Below, in pieces: positions 9,066 through 18,573 of a DNA stretch of 64,000 nucleotides. The stretch is from Candidatus Aenigmatarchaeota archaeon. GTDB taxonomy: Archaea; Aenigmatarchaeota; Aenigmatarchaeia; CG10238-14. The DNA is taken from contig JAGVVZ010000004.1 in NCBI GenBank assembly GCA_018304545.1, positions 9,944 to 73,943 on the forward strand, written 5' to 3'. The translations under genes were made by a program, and so were the position numbers. The notes beneath the pieces were generated by a model. That model made no database searches, was not told where the DNA came from, and saw only the letters and a program-made list of their open reading frames with translations. Every line of letters begins with the position of its first letter. Positions within the stretch are counted from its first letter, which is position 1.

Positions 9066-9928
9066 AAAAAATAGAAGAATTTAGTTATGCATTCGAAGAA
9101 AAAGAACCTGTAATTACTATAAACCCAGGTGAAATAATAAAGCTCAAAATAGAAGACTGTTTTTCGGGAATGATTAAAAAGAAATCTGATTGGCCAAACG
9201 AGAAAATAATGGAATACGCTAATCCCTGTACGGGTCCTATTTATGTAAATGGGGCAGAGCCGGGAATGAGCTTATCCGTGGATGTATTAGATATAAAAGT
9301 AGGCCATAAAGGGACGAATATAGCAAAAGATTGGGGGATGCTCAATGGTCGTGTATATGGAATAAAGATAATGAAGATTGAAAAAAAGAAGCTCGTACTC
9401 AACGACAAAATAAAAATACAACTAGATCCCATGATAGGATGTATAGGCACCGCACCGAAAAATCCTGTTTCAACACTAAAAGCGGGTTATTTTGGAGGTA
9501 ACATGGACATAAATCTTGTTAGAAAAGGAAGCACCGTTCATTTACCCGTATTTGTTTCAGGTGGATTGCTATATATTGGAGATTTGCACGCATTGATGGG
9601 TGAGAGTGAACCCACGCTTTGTGCTATAGAAACTTATGGCGAGGTTTTAGTTAAAATAAATCTGACCTCACAAAAGATTTTACGACCAAGAATAGAAACG
9701 GGAGAGGAATTTGTAACGGTTGCTATAGAAAAGAATATGGAAACTGCCACTAAGATTGCTGTAAATGATATGTTCGATTTTTTAGTATATGAAGTTGGCA
9801 TTGATAAAATGGACGCTCATGTCTTGATAAGCGCGGCCTGTAATGTGAGATTGGGTGTACATGATGAAGTCGTGGCAATTGCTTTAATTAAGAGGGATAT
9901 CATAAAAAATTATATAAGGAGTGATTAA
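9062..9928 (+). CDS. acetamidase/formamidase family protein
   Basis: NPCTGPIYVNGAEPG, GGNMD, GDLHALMGESE. Confidence 0.92.
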   Translation: MKKIEEFSYAFEEKEPVITINPGEIIKLKIEDCFSGMIKKKSDWPNEKIMEYANPCTGPIYVNGAEPGMSLSVDVLDIKVGHKGTNIAKDWGMLNGRVYGIKIMKIEKKKLVLNDKIKIQLDPMIGCIGTAPKNPVSTLKAGYFGGNMDINLVRKGSTVHLPVFVSGGLLYIGDLHALMGESEPTLCAIETYGEVLVKINLTSQKILRPRIETGEEFVTVAIEKNMETATKIAVNDMFDFLVYEVGIDKMDAHVLISAACNVRLGVHDEVVAIALIKRDIIKNYIRSD

Positions 9929-10597
9929 ATGCAGCTATCAATTAACCAAAATCTAAAGTCCTCCTATCCCGATTTAAAGGTTTCAGTTTTTGAAGCCAAA
10001 ACAAAAAGCAAGTTGGAATTAAATCAGGATCTAATTACAAAGAAGAGAGAATTAGAAAAGATGATAAGAGAGAGCTATAAAGATACAGAAAGATTGGATA
10101 GAATAATAAAATATAACGCATTCTACAAAAAATTTGATTCCAAAGTACCCATGGAGTTTCAAATAAAATCTGTTATAGAAAACAAGGAAATCCCTCTTGT
10201 AAATTCTGTTGTCACTTGTATGTTTATGGCCGAATTGAAAAATATAATTTTAACGGCCGGCCATGATACGGGTAGACTTGGAGAAAAAATAAGAGTTTCT
10301 TGTTCAGATGGCACAGATGAGTATGTAAAAATAAATGGTAAACAGCAAAAACTAAAAAAAGGTGACATATTCGCTTCTGATAACAATGGAATAATATCTA
10401 GCGTATTTTATGGCCCAGACTTAAGAACAAAAATTACAGACGGAACAAAAAATTTTATGTTTATGTGTTACTGCCCATTTAGTATATCAGATAACGAAAT
10501 CAGAGGCCATATGCAAGATATCGTCGATTACTTGAAAATTTTGGGAGAGAACAAATTAGAGTTTGGCGATATTGAAGTTTTTAACGTAAAAAAATAA
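9929..10597 (+). CDS. stand-alone B3/4 domain protein (PheRS-beta editing-domain-like)
   Basis: YNAFYKKF, IPLVNSVV, AGHD, DNNGIISS, GPDLRTKIT. Confidence 0.85.
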   Translation: MQLSINQNLKSSYPDLKVSVFEAKTKSKLELNQDLITKKRELEKMIRESYKDTERLDRIIKYNAFYKKFDSKVPMEFQIKSVIENKEIPLVNSVVTCMFMAELKNIILTAGHDTGRLGEKIRVSCSDGTDEYVKINGKQQKLKKGDIFASDNNGIISSVFYGPDLRTKITDGTKNFMFMCYCPFSISDNEIRGHMQDIVDYLKILGENKLEFGDIEVFNVKK

Positions 10598-10613
10598 TAG
10601 TATAGATGATTAT

Positions 10614-11741
10614 ATGAGAGATAAATTTATTGTCACACCATGGGAAGTCAGAGGAAATATAGACTACAGTAAATTAATAAAACAATTTGGTGTCCAACAC
10701 CTTGACAATAAGCTATTAGAAAGAATGAAGAAACACACTGGAGAGGTGCATTATTTTTTAAGAAGGGGGATTTTCTTCGCTCATATGTACTTTGATGTAA
10801 TTTTAAATGATTTAGAAAAAGGTAAGAAATTTTATTTGTATACTGGAAGAGCACCGTCAGGTCCTGTTCATATAGGTCATTTGATCCCGTGGATATTTAC
10901 AAAATGGCTTCAGGATAAATTTAAAGCAACATTATTGTTTGAAATTCCAGACGAGGAAAAGTTTCTGTTCAAAGATAATTTTTCGATGGATGATGCTAAA
11001 AAATGGGCATATGAAAATATATTGGACATAATTGCTCTAGGTTTTGACCCGAAAAGAACGAAGATATTCCTGAATACCGAGTACGCTAAGACTCTCTATA
11101 AAAACGCATGTTTTGTAGCGAAAAAAATTACTGTTTCGACTGCTAAATCAACATTCGGCTTTACAGACTCTAATAATATTGGAGAGTATTTTTACACATC
11201 CATGCAATCCGTCCCTGCATTTTTGCCAACAATTCTAGAGAAAAGGGAGACACACTGCTTAATTCCATGCGCGATAGATCAAGACGTTCACTTCAGATTA
11301 ACGAGAGACGTTGCCATATCTTTAGGTTATCCAAAACCCGCAACGTTGCTTTGCAGATTTCTGCCAGGTCTACAAGGCATAGAACATGAAGGCAAGATGT
11401 CGTCATCTGAATCACATACTGCAATTTTTACTACTGATGACCCCAAACAAGTGCATGATAAAGTAATGAAGTATGCTTATTCTGGTGGCCAGGCAACTAT
11501 AGAGGAACACAGGAAGAAAGGAGGAAACCCTGATGTAGATGTATCTTATCAATGGCTCACATTCTTCGAAGAGAATGACAAAAAACTAAAGAAAATACAT
11601 GATGATTATAAATCCGGAAAACTGTTAACAGGAGAATTAAAACAGATACTGATAGATAAACTAAACAAATTCTTAAAAGAACATCAGGCAAGGAGAGAAA
11701 AGGCAAGGAATGAAATTGAGAAATTCATGCTTAGAGATTGA
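10614..11741 (+). CDS. trpS: tryptophanyl-tRNA synthetase
   Basis: VTPWEV, YTGRAPS, HIGH, AIDQ, KMSSS. Confidence 0.98.
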   Translation: MRDKFIVTPWEVRGNIDYSKLIKQFGVQHLDNKLLERMKKHTGEVHYFLRRGIFFAHMYFDVILNDLEKGKKFYLYTGRAPSGPVHIGHLIPWIFTKWLQDKFKATLLFEIPDEEKFLFKDNFSMDDAKKWAYENILDIIALGFDPKRTKIFLNTEYAKTLYKNACFVAKKITVSTAKSTFGFTDSNNIGEYFYTSMQSVPAFLPTILEKRETHCLIPCAIDQDVHFRLTRDVAISLGYPKPATLLCRFLPGLQGIEHEGKMSSSESHTAIFTTDDPKQVHDKVMKYAYSGGQATIEEHRKKGGNPDVDVSYQWLTFFEENDKKLKKIHDDYKSGKLLTGELKQILIDKLNKFLKEHQARREKARNEIEKFMLRD

Positions 11742-11997
11742 AACATCGATGATTTTAATCTCTTTAGTTTCATTTTATATTATGACAACTTTGTCCTATT
11801 ATGCTGCTAGAACAGCAGGATGTTTACTTACTTTAGGAGGACTTGGACTTTATACTTTATCTAACGATACATATCATATTATTCCCTTACTATTCGTTGC
11901 TGCTGGTTTGTATGCATTGTTTTGTAAGTTTGAAAATGAGAATAAAAATAAACATCATACCTGGAATCGTGTGGAAAGGGAACTTCGTTCATATTAA
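11710..11997 (+). CDS. small membrane hypothetical protein (true start likely about 11782)
   Basis: Two hydrophobic segments. Confidence 0.45.
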   Translation: MKLRNSCLEIETSMILISLVSFYIMTTLSYYAARTAGCLLTLGGLGLYTLSNDTYHIIPLLFVAAGLYALFCKFENENKNKHHTWNRVERELRSY

Positions 11998-12043
11998 CTA
12001 AGATATCCAAAAAGCAGTTTTAAGCATAAGTTCTATTATATTA

Positions 12044-12355
12044 TTGATGAAACGTAAAAAACCAGAATGGCAATTAGAAATTGCAAAGGAGAGAATAGAG
12101 AAACTCTTCTCTTTAGCTGGATCTACTTACGATTCAACTCCTAATAGAAGCAGAAGATATGTTGAGCTTGCCAGAAAAATAGGTTTGAGGTATAATGTTA
12201 GGCTCGATAAAGAACAGAAAAGGAATTTTTGTAAGAAATGCAATACTATTTTGATGCCTGGCAAAACATCCCAAACTCACTTGGATTCTAGAACAAAGGC
12301 TATAATTATAAAATGTCAGAACTGCAATTATATTTCCAGATATCCATACAAGTGA
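12044..12355 (+). CDS. rnp4: RNase P protein component 4 (Rpp21)
   Basis: IAKERIEKLF, RYVELARKI, CKKC...CQNC...RYPY. Confidence 0.95.
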   Translation: MMKRKKPEWQLEIAKERIEKLFSLAGSTYDSTPNRSRRYVELARKIGLRYNVRLDKEQKRNFCKKCNTILMPGKTSQTHLDSRTKAIIIKCQNCNYISRYPYK

Positions 12356-12359
12356 GTCG

Positions 12360-12608
12360 ATGGCTTTAAGCATAAAAATAATAGCTTTAGGTATTTTAGT
12401 GGTTTTCATATCAACCTTTGCCATATTGTTTATTTTGGATTCTTTATATAAGGCGAAGGCATCATGCGATAAAAATAAAAATATTAAAATATGTAAAATA
12501 GGTACAGCTCAAATAGTCGTTTTGATGCTGATATTATTAGTAGGTGGGTTATTTATAGTAATTATAACCACTGGTTATGTATTAATATCAGGTCAAGAAT
12601 CGGTGTAA
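12360..12608 (+). CDS. small two-TM membrane protein
   Basis: Two hydrophobic helices flanking a Cys-containing loop; within operon. Confidence 0.6.
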   Translation: MALSIKIIALGILVVFISTFAILFILDSLYKAKASCDKNKNIKICKIGTAQIVVLMLILLVGGLFIVIITTGYVLISGQESV

Positions 12609-12611
12609 AAT

Positions 12612-13040
12612 ATGGTAAGAACATTGATAAGAGAAATGGATACGAAAAGCTTCATTGATAAATGTGCAGAAGAATTTTTAAAAATGAAAGAAATGCAGAT
12701 GCCAGAAAATTTTATATATTCAAAAACAGGACCACACAAAAAATATTCGCCAAGCAATCCAAATTGGTGGTATATTAGGGCCGCTTCCTTGCTGAGAAGA
12801 GTTTATTTGAATGGTCCAGTTGGTGTTTCAAGATTAAGGTCATATTATGGTGGTAGGAAAGAGAGAGGTCATAAACCAGAAAAAACAGTTAGATCAGGTG
12901 GCGGATCAATCAGAGAGATACTACAGCAATTGGAGACAGTAGGTTTTGTGGAAAAGAACAAGGGTAAAAAACCGGGCAGAATCATTAGCCAGAAAGGCGA
13001 TAATTTTGTCAAAAAGATTGTCTCTGAGGCCAATAAATGA
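12612..13040 (+). CDS. rps19e: 30S ribosomal protein S19e
   Basis: KTG, WWYIRAASLLR, GPVGV..LR..YGG, LQQLE. Confidence 0.97.
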   Translation: MVRTLIREMDTKSFIDKCAEEFLKMKEMQMPENFIYSKTGPHKKYSPSNPNWWYIRAASLLRRVYLNGPVGVSRLRSYYGGRKERGHKPEKTVRSGGGSIREILQQLETVGFVEKNKGKKPGRIISQKGDNFVKKIVSEANK

Positions 13041-13297
13041 ATGACGAACTGAATGAAGAAGAATCAAGAGAAATGGAAAACTTAAAAAGAACTGTAATGA
13101 ATAGAGTATTGGAAAAAGAAGCGTATGAAAGATTGGCAAGATTAAGACTGGTGAATCCAAATCTGGCAAACCATCTTGAAATGTATTTGCTGCAATTGTA
13201 TCAGAATGATCAAATAAAAGGTATTATAACGGATGATCAACTCAAAAAAATATTGTCTAGTATAAACACAAAAAGAGATTTTAAAATAATAAGATGA
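13037..13297 (+). CDS. PDCD5-like DNA-binding protein
   Basis: [24 protein letters not shown]; conserved after rps19e. Confidence 0.9.
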   Translation: MNDELNEEESREMENLKRTVMNRVLEKEAYERLARLRLVNPNLANHLEMYLLQLYQNDQIKGIITDDQLKKILSSINTKRDFKIIR

Positions 13298-13301
13298 TAA
13301 C

Positions 13302-13532
13302 ATGGGAAGAACAAAAAAAGTTGGAATAACAGGCAGGTATGGCGTCAGATACGGTAGAAAAGTAAAAGTAGCAATAAATAAAATTGAACAAAAACAAAAA
13401 CAAAAACATACATGCCCTGTTTGCAAAAAAGATTCTGTGAAAAGAGTAGTTGCAGGTATTTGGCAATGTAGGAAATGCTCGGCTAAATTTAGCGGTGGAG
13501 CGTATGAGCCTAAAACATCAGGTGATATATAA
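13302..13532 (+). CDS. rpl37ae: 50S ribosomal protein L37ae
   Basis: [30 protein letters not shown]. Confidence 0.97.
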   Translation: MGRTKKVGITGRYGVRYGRKVKVAINKIEQKQKQKHTCPVCKKDSVKRVVAGIWQCRKCSAKFSGGAYEPKTSGDI

Positions 13533-13663
13533 TGGGTTTTAAATGCTTAAGCTGTAAAAAAATTATCGAAAAATTAGATAACAGGATAAGATGTCCTTAT
13601 TGCGGGTACAGGATATTTTTAAAACAAAGACCGGTTACCGTTAAAAGAGTCCAAGCAAAGTAA
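13532..13663 (+). CDS. rpoP: RNA polymerase subunit Rpo12 (P)
   Basis: Not in ORF track; MGFKCLSC...IRCPYCGYRIFLKQRP (43 aa). Confidence 0.93.
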   Translation: MGFKCLSCKKIIEKLDNRIRCPYCGYRIFLKQRPVTVKRVQAK

Positions 13664-13704
13664 GCATAATTTATTATAAGTTATAATAATTATCTAGTGA
13701 TTTC

Positions 13705-14301
13705 TTGAAAAAGATAGCAGGATTATTATTGGTTATTTTAGTATTGTACACATTATTGCCAGCAGTTGTTTTTAGTGTTTGCACCAATCACGAAGTCAGG
13801 GTTAATGGGACATCATTTTATTTTTATAACGGGAGTAAAATAAACCTTGGGAATGTTACTGCAATAACTGTTGAAAAACAGGAGAAGAGTATAGGGCTAA
13901 TAAATAATGGTGACTGGTCGCTTGTTTTTAGTGCATGTACTGAAGAATCAGAATCTATAGGATTGAAAGTGACAGACAATTCAAAGGTTGTCGGGTTTGA
14001 TCAGTTAAAAATAGTTACAGATAATCCTTCTACAGCGACAGTCGCGTGTACTGTTCAAAACGTTTCTTTATCTGGATACGGAATAGATGCGGATAACGGA
14101 TCGTTAATAACAGGCGGAGTAGTTAAGACATCAATATCCGATACTGCATACATAAACAGTACGGCATTCACGGGTAGCAATTGGTCTATTGACTTTTATC
14201 CTTGTTTAACGAGCGGCAAGTACTATACATTGCATATAGTATTGTCCAATGCAGGCGGAACAAAGGCAGGAGAATATTCAACAAGTTATTTAGCCGGATA
14301 A
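13705..14301 (+). CDS. secreted protein with two internal beta-rich repeats
   Basis: Signal peptide; repeated NGS.I..G.V...WS..F..C. Confidence 0.65.
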   Translation: MKKIAGLLLVILVLYTLLPAVVFSVCTNHEVRVNGTSFYFYNGSKINLGNVTAITVEKQEKSIGLINNGDWSLVFSACTEESESIGLKVTDNSKVVGFDQLKIVTDNPSTATVACTVQNVSLSGYGIDADNGSLITGGVVKTSISDTAYINSTAFTGSNWSIDFYPCLTSGKYYTLHIVLSNAGGTKAGEYSTSYLAG

Positions 14302-14377
14302 AATATTGATCGAATAAAGATAAACCATTTAAAGACTGTTTCTAATTCATATTTGATATAGTTTAAGAGGCAATCAA

Positions 14378-14719
14378 ATGGCTAACATGGTAACAGCGGA
14401 AGACAGAGATGTTATTAATCAATTTCAAGTATTACAGCAACAATTGCAGGAGATACTTATCCAGAAAGAAAATGTTAAATTGCAAAAATTGGAATTTGAA
14501 AAGGCACTAGAGGAGTTGAATAAAACAGGCTCAAAAGAGGCTTATAAAATCGCAGGACCTATAATGATTAAAAGAAATTCTGATGAAATCAAAAAAGAAA
14601 TGCAGGAAAAACTGGATGATATAGAAATCAGATTAAAAACTTTAAATTCTACAGAAGATAAAATAACGAATAAGTTAAAAGAAATTGAACCAAAGATTAA
14701 AAAGATGATAGGGCAATGA
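14378..14719 (+). CDS. pfdB: prefoldin beta subunit
   Basis: QLQQQLQ-type coiled coil, ALEEL, YKIAGPIMI. Confidence 0.93.
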   Translation: MANMVTAEDRDVINQFQVLQQQLQEILIQKENVKLQKLEFEKALEELNKTGSKEAYKIAGPIMIKRNSDEIKKEMQEKLDDIEIRLKTLNSTEDKITNKLKEIEPKIKKMIGQ

Positions 14720-14989
14720 GTGGCGGTCATTATGGTAGATGTAGAACCTATAGTAAAAATATTATCGGAGATTATAGATGACAGAAGTGTTCCTAGGAAT
14801 ATTCGAACCGCTGCAGAATCAGCTAAAAAAAGTCTGATTGAAGATATGATAAATGAGTGGGATGTTAAATTAAGCTCGGCAATATCCGTTCTTGACGAAA
14901 TTACAAATGATCCCAATATGCCAGGCTATACTAGAACGCAAATTTGGAACGTCGTGAGCATGCTAGAATTGGTGAAAAATAAGCTTTAA
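14720..14989 (+). CDS. UPF0147 family protein
   Basis: DRSVPRNIR, DPNMPGYTRTQIW. Confidence 0.93.
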   Translation: MAVIMVDVEPIVKILSEIIDDRSVPRNIRTAAESAKKSLIEDMINEWDVKLSSAISVLDEITNDPNMPGYTRTQIWNVVSMLELVKNKL

Positions 14990-15835
14990 TTATTTGAATA
15001 TATCCAAACCTGTGTATTTGCTTTCTTCAACAGCTACTAGCCAATCAACACCCTGTGCAACTCTATTTTTTACATACTGATATACAGCATGATATCCTAG
15101 AACATGTTTTACTGATGTTATATGTTCTACTCCAACTACAACAATCAGAACTCTGCCATATGCCCATGAACCGTTTACTGTACGACGATCCGATTTAGAG
15201 ACGATATCCATAGCAGGTTTGTAAGCGTTTATATATGCTAAATGCAGAGATTCTGCATACGTTCGTTCTTCTGCATTACCATTCATCATGCAGTGATTTT
15301 CAATTAGAATAGTTCTGCCTTCTTCTAATGAAATTTCAACATCAGACATTAACGAACCATCGTTTCTGCGTAACTCAGCTTCTCTATCGTGATTAAGTTC
15401 ATGAAGGGCTTTGGCTTTCTCTTCAGCTAAGGTTGTTTCTGATTGTAATAGATATCTGGGATCCACGTTTTGAGTATCCACTTCTTGAGTAATAACAACA
15501 GAATCATAATCAAAGATAATACTACCACCATTTTCAGGAAAATATCTGGCCCCACCACCAGGTTCAGGCTTGACTCTTATTGTTGGTTCAGATTGAAAAT
15601 TATAACCGGTGCAGCTTTCTAAAAATCTAACATAATTAGGAAATCTACCTTTAAGTTCTCTTTGAGCATTTTGGGTTTGAGAAAGCATTACTCTTGAAAT
15701 AGTTTGTGTATCATATCCATTAACGGTATTGTTTATTGGTTTTGAGGATGACGGAGAGAAAATCATAGCTAGAGAAAGTAACGCAAAAACTAATCTAAAA
15801 ATCAATGATTTAGATTTCATAAAGTCTAAAAACAC
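14990..15835 (-). CDS. secreted hypothetical protein with zincin-like HExxH...E
   Basis: Signal peptide; ALHELNH followed by LEEG. Confidence 0.65.
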   Translation of the reverse strand: MFLDFMKSKSLIFRLVFALLSLAMIFSPSSSKPINNTVNGYDTQTISRVMLSQTQNAQRELKGRFPNYVRFLESCTGYNFQSEPTIRVKPEPGGGARYFPENGGSIIFDYDSVVITQEVDTQNVDPRYLLQSETTLAEEKAKALHELNHDREAELRRNDGSLMSDVEISLEEGRTILIENHCMMNGNAEERTYAESLHLAYINAYKPAMDIVSKSDRRTVNGSWAYGRVLIVVVGVEHITSVKHVLGYHAVYQYVKNRVAQGVDWLVAVEESKYTGLDIFK

Positions 15836-16006
15836 AAATAAACTTTAAATTGCTTTCCATTTAGTATCAATATTTTGATAAATATACTGCCATTGATAAA
15901 TCTGCACAATTTTTATCATATCATGCAGTAAAATAAAAGCTTTTTATCTAGATTTACCATAATTATTTAAGTTTAATATACAAAACCTGAATAGAGGTGA
16001 AACTTA

Positions 16007-16357
16007 ATGCCTTTTAGAGGACTTTTTGGGAGAGAAGAGGACGAAGAAGAATTTGTTGAAATAGAAAAAACAGCAGACGACAGCAAAAAAGTACAAGTTA
16101 TGATTGAAAGTTTAGAGGATTATAGAGACGTCGAAAGAGTTCAAAAATTGTTAAGAGAAGGGAATATTGTATTACTGAAAATTAAACCATTGAAAGATAA
16201 AGATTTAGGTGAACTAAAGAGATCTGTTCAAAGACTCAAGAAAACATGTACAGCAATGAACGGCGATATAGTCGGAGTAGACGAACACTTCTTGATATTG
16301 ACTCCCCCGACAGCTTCGGTATATAGAGGAGAACAAGCCAGATTGACACAGGTTTAG
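16007..16357 (+). CDS. sepF: cell division protein SepF
   Basis: LREGNIVLLKI, GDIVGV, LILTP; GAGGTGA RBS. Confidence 0.9.
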   Translation: MPFRGLFGREEDEEEFVEIEKTADDSKKVQVMIESLEDYRDVERVQKLLREGNIVLLKIKPLKDKDLGELKRSVQRLKKTCTAMNGDIVGVDEHFLILTPPTASVYRGEQARLTQV

Positions 16358-16438
16358 ATTTTTTTGTTTTAAATCTAACTTATTTACATACTAATTGTTT
16401 TAAGTTCAATATAACTAGATTAACTATTCTCAAATAAC

Positions 16439-16675
16439 TTATTGTCTTGTTACTCCCCTATCATATTCGTATCCGAATAAAAGACCCAAAGTAATCACAA
16501 ATGGAAGTGTACCCAAATAATTAACAGCATTTATAGAAGGATCTCTACTTACATATCCAATTGCCGCTATAGCTGTTAACATGCAGGTCCCTGATAAGGC
16601 ACCAATAACTCTACCAATATAGAACATAATTATAATTAATATCGGTACCGTAAATACTAATTTATGGTCTAACAA
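16439..16675 (-). CDS. small membrane hypothetical protein
   Basis: Three hydrophobic segments. Confidence 0.5.
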   Translation of the reverse strand: MLDHKLVFTVPILIIIMFYIGRVIGALSGTCMLTAIAAIGYVSRDPSINAVNYLGTLPFVITLGLLFGYEYDRGVTRQ

Positions 16676-17303
16676 TAGGTTTTAATGTTTTCGCCTCAAT
16701 CAAAGACTGATCTTGTATATTTCTCTCAAAAATTTCCGGATTTGCTTTTGTTCCTTTAATAAAATTGAAATGCATGGGAATAGCTATTTTTGGCTGAATT
16801 AGAATTGCCGCATTAGCAGCCTCCTCTTCATTCATAGTGTATGTACCTCCAATCGGAAGAAGTGCTACGTCAGTTTTGTAATTTGCCATTTCTTGTATCA
16901 AGTCCGTATCTCCAGCATGATATATTCTTGTGCCGTCAACATCTATGATAAAACCGATTCCAAACCCCTTTGGATGAAAAGGTTTGCCAACATTATAGGC
17001 GTTTACAGCCCTCACTTTAATACTTTTTTCAATAATTTCTTTACCTTCTTCTATCATCTTGACATTGCCTGATAATTTTTTAGCGCTAGAAACATTAGTC
17101 ACGATGATTGTATCAGACTTATTTATCATATGAACCTTTTCATTGTCACAATGATCAAAATGCTCATGAGTTATTAGTATAAGGTCGGCCTTTTCAGGAT
17201 CTTTATCTAGTATGTATGGATCAAAATAAATTACTGTATTTTTATATTTAATTTTAAACGTTGAGTGACCAACCCATTCAATATTTAAATTGCCGATATC
17301 CAT
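16662..17303 (-). CDS. metallo-beta-lactamase fold hydrolase
   Basis: GHS, THEHFDH, YHAGDT, LPIGG, IPMH. Confidence 0.92.
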   Translation of the reverse strand: MDIGNLNIEWVGHSTFKIKYKNTVIYFDPYILDKDPEKADLILITHEHFDHCDNEKVHMINKSDTIIVTNVSSAKKLSGNVKMIEEGKEIIEKSIKVRAVNAYNVGKPFHPKGFGIGFIIDVDGTRIYHAGDTDLIQEMANYKTDVALLPIGGTYTMNEEEAANAAILIQPKIAIPMHFNFIKGTKANPEIFERNIQDQSLIEAKTLKPIVRP

Positions 17304-17327
17304 TTAAACCTAAAAAGCTTATGTGCT

Positions 17328-17825
17328 TTGAATTATAAAAATATTGAACAAGGAGATGAAATGAATAAACTTAAATTAGATTCAAAGAAAATTCTTGCCT
17401 TATTTTTTATAATAATTATGCTGGGATCTACAGCGACATTTGCTATATTGAGCGTGTTCACTCCTAGACAACAAGTTGAGGATATATTAAAGCAAAAAAT
17501 TGTAAAAACCAAATTTGCTCCTGAGGTTCATGATTATTTACTGCAGAGCGGGTTCACAATGATTGAATATCATTATGGTACTGGTTGCCCGGAATGCGAA
17601 TCAATTAAGAAAGAACTGGAAGACATAACAACAAACAAAGCTGAAGGGCAAATCTATCTTCAGGAAATAGAATCCGTGAAAGAATATGAGAGTAGATTGG
17701 AAATCAGAAATTTCTACACAAAAACTCAAGATTCTCTTAACAACCCGACAATAAATGATATAAATGCAGAAGTTTGCAAGGCACTAACAACAACGCCTTT
17801 TTGGTGCATAAGTGGCGAAATTTAG
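17328..17825 (+). CDS. membrane-anchored CxxC (thioredoxin-like) protein
   Basis: N-terminal TM helix, CPEC. Confidence 0.6.
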   Translation: MNYKNIEQGDEMNKLKLDSKKILALFFIIIMLGSTATFAILSVFTPRQQVEDILKQKIVKTKFAPEVHDYLLQSGFTMIEYHYGTGCPECESIKKELEDITTNKAEGQIYLQEIESVKEYESRLEIRNFYTKTQDSLNNPTINDINAEVCKALTTTPFWCISGEI

Positions 17826-17977
17826 CCCTTTATTTTTTTATCCATTTCTTCTATCTCATCCATGAATCTTTTTACGACTCTTGGAACATCTTTCTCTTCC
17901 ACTCTTAATATTTCAGCTGTTCTTTTAAGCAGCATCTCTTTCCTTTTCAAATCTTTCCATTCCTTTTCTGTTAGCAT
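17822..17977 (-). CDS. 51-aa protein resembling the AlaRS C-terminal helical segment
   Basis: Not in ORF track; GTGAG RBS; LKRKEMLLKRTAEILRVEEKDVPRVVKRF vs AlaRS LKEKSDILKEAADLLKTSEDNVAHNALELF. Confidence 0.7.
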   Translation of the reverse strand: MLTEKEWKDLKRKEMLLKRTAEILRVEEKDVPRVVKRFMDEIEEMDKKIKG

Positions 17978-18007
17978 AAACTCACTTGTAGATATAAAAT
18001 TAAATAT

Positions 18008-18448
18008 CTATTTGACTTCGACTACGTCGCCCATTGTCAGTTCTGCTTTTTTCGTGTCCTTTTTCTGAAGTTTCTGTTCGTTTTTTTCCTTCAGGTTAAT
18101 ATTCAAGAAGATCTCTATTTTATCCAGTAATTTATTATCTGGTTTTAGATCACTCATTTCTATTCTTCTAATAATATTTTCCTTCTCCATTATTTTTTGT
18201 GCAAATTCCGTTCTTGAGAGTTTCATTTTTTCTCTGGTATTTTTTATTATATTTCCATAATTCTCAAGTAAAATGATTTCGTTTAATTCAACTTTAGCTA
18301 GAAGTTTTATGTTTTTCGCTGCTCGTTGAGGCAGATCAATTTTTTCTCCAAAATGAACACATTTATCGCATACGTTGAGTATGCTTTCTTCTATTTTTGC
18401 TTTAATAGGAATGGGGACTTCTTTGCCGCAAATTTCACATTCTGACAT
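18008..18448 (-). CDS. mbf1: archaeal MBF1 (Zn ribbon plus HTH)
   Basis: CEICG...VCDKC, Xre-type HTH, terminal LTMGD. Confidence 0.93.
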   Translation of the reverse strand: MSECEICGKEVPIPIKAKIEESILNVCDKCVHFGEKIDLPQRAAKNIKLLAKVELNEIILLENYGNIIKNTREKMKLSRTEFAQKIMEKENIIRRIEMSDLKPDNKLLDKIEIFLNINLKEKNEQKLQKKDTKKAELTMGDVVEVK

Positions 18449-18573
18449 GTAGGTACCCTTACCTGATATAGAATTAATATGTATTGGAAATTAAAAAAGT
18501 TGTTATTGCGATATTAAACATCACAATAAGGTTTTAATTATTTCAAATACCATTTTTTCTATAAGGTGTTTAT

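Noticed and set aside
7370-11741. Stop-codon reassignment (TGA=Trp) as the explanation for the second TrpRS-like gene
   Set aside because: TGA and TAG end conserved genes at expected positions (e.g. trpS, ileS, rps2, rps9) and conserved Trp residues use TGG
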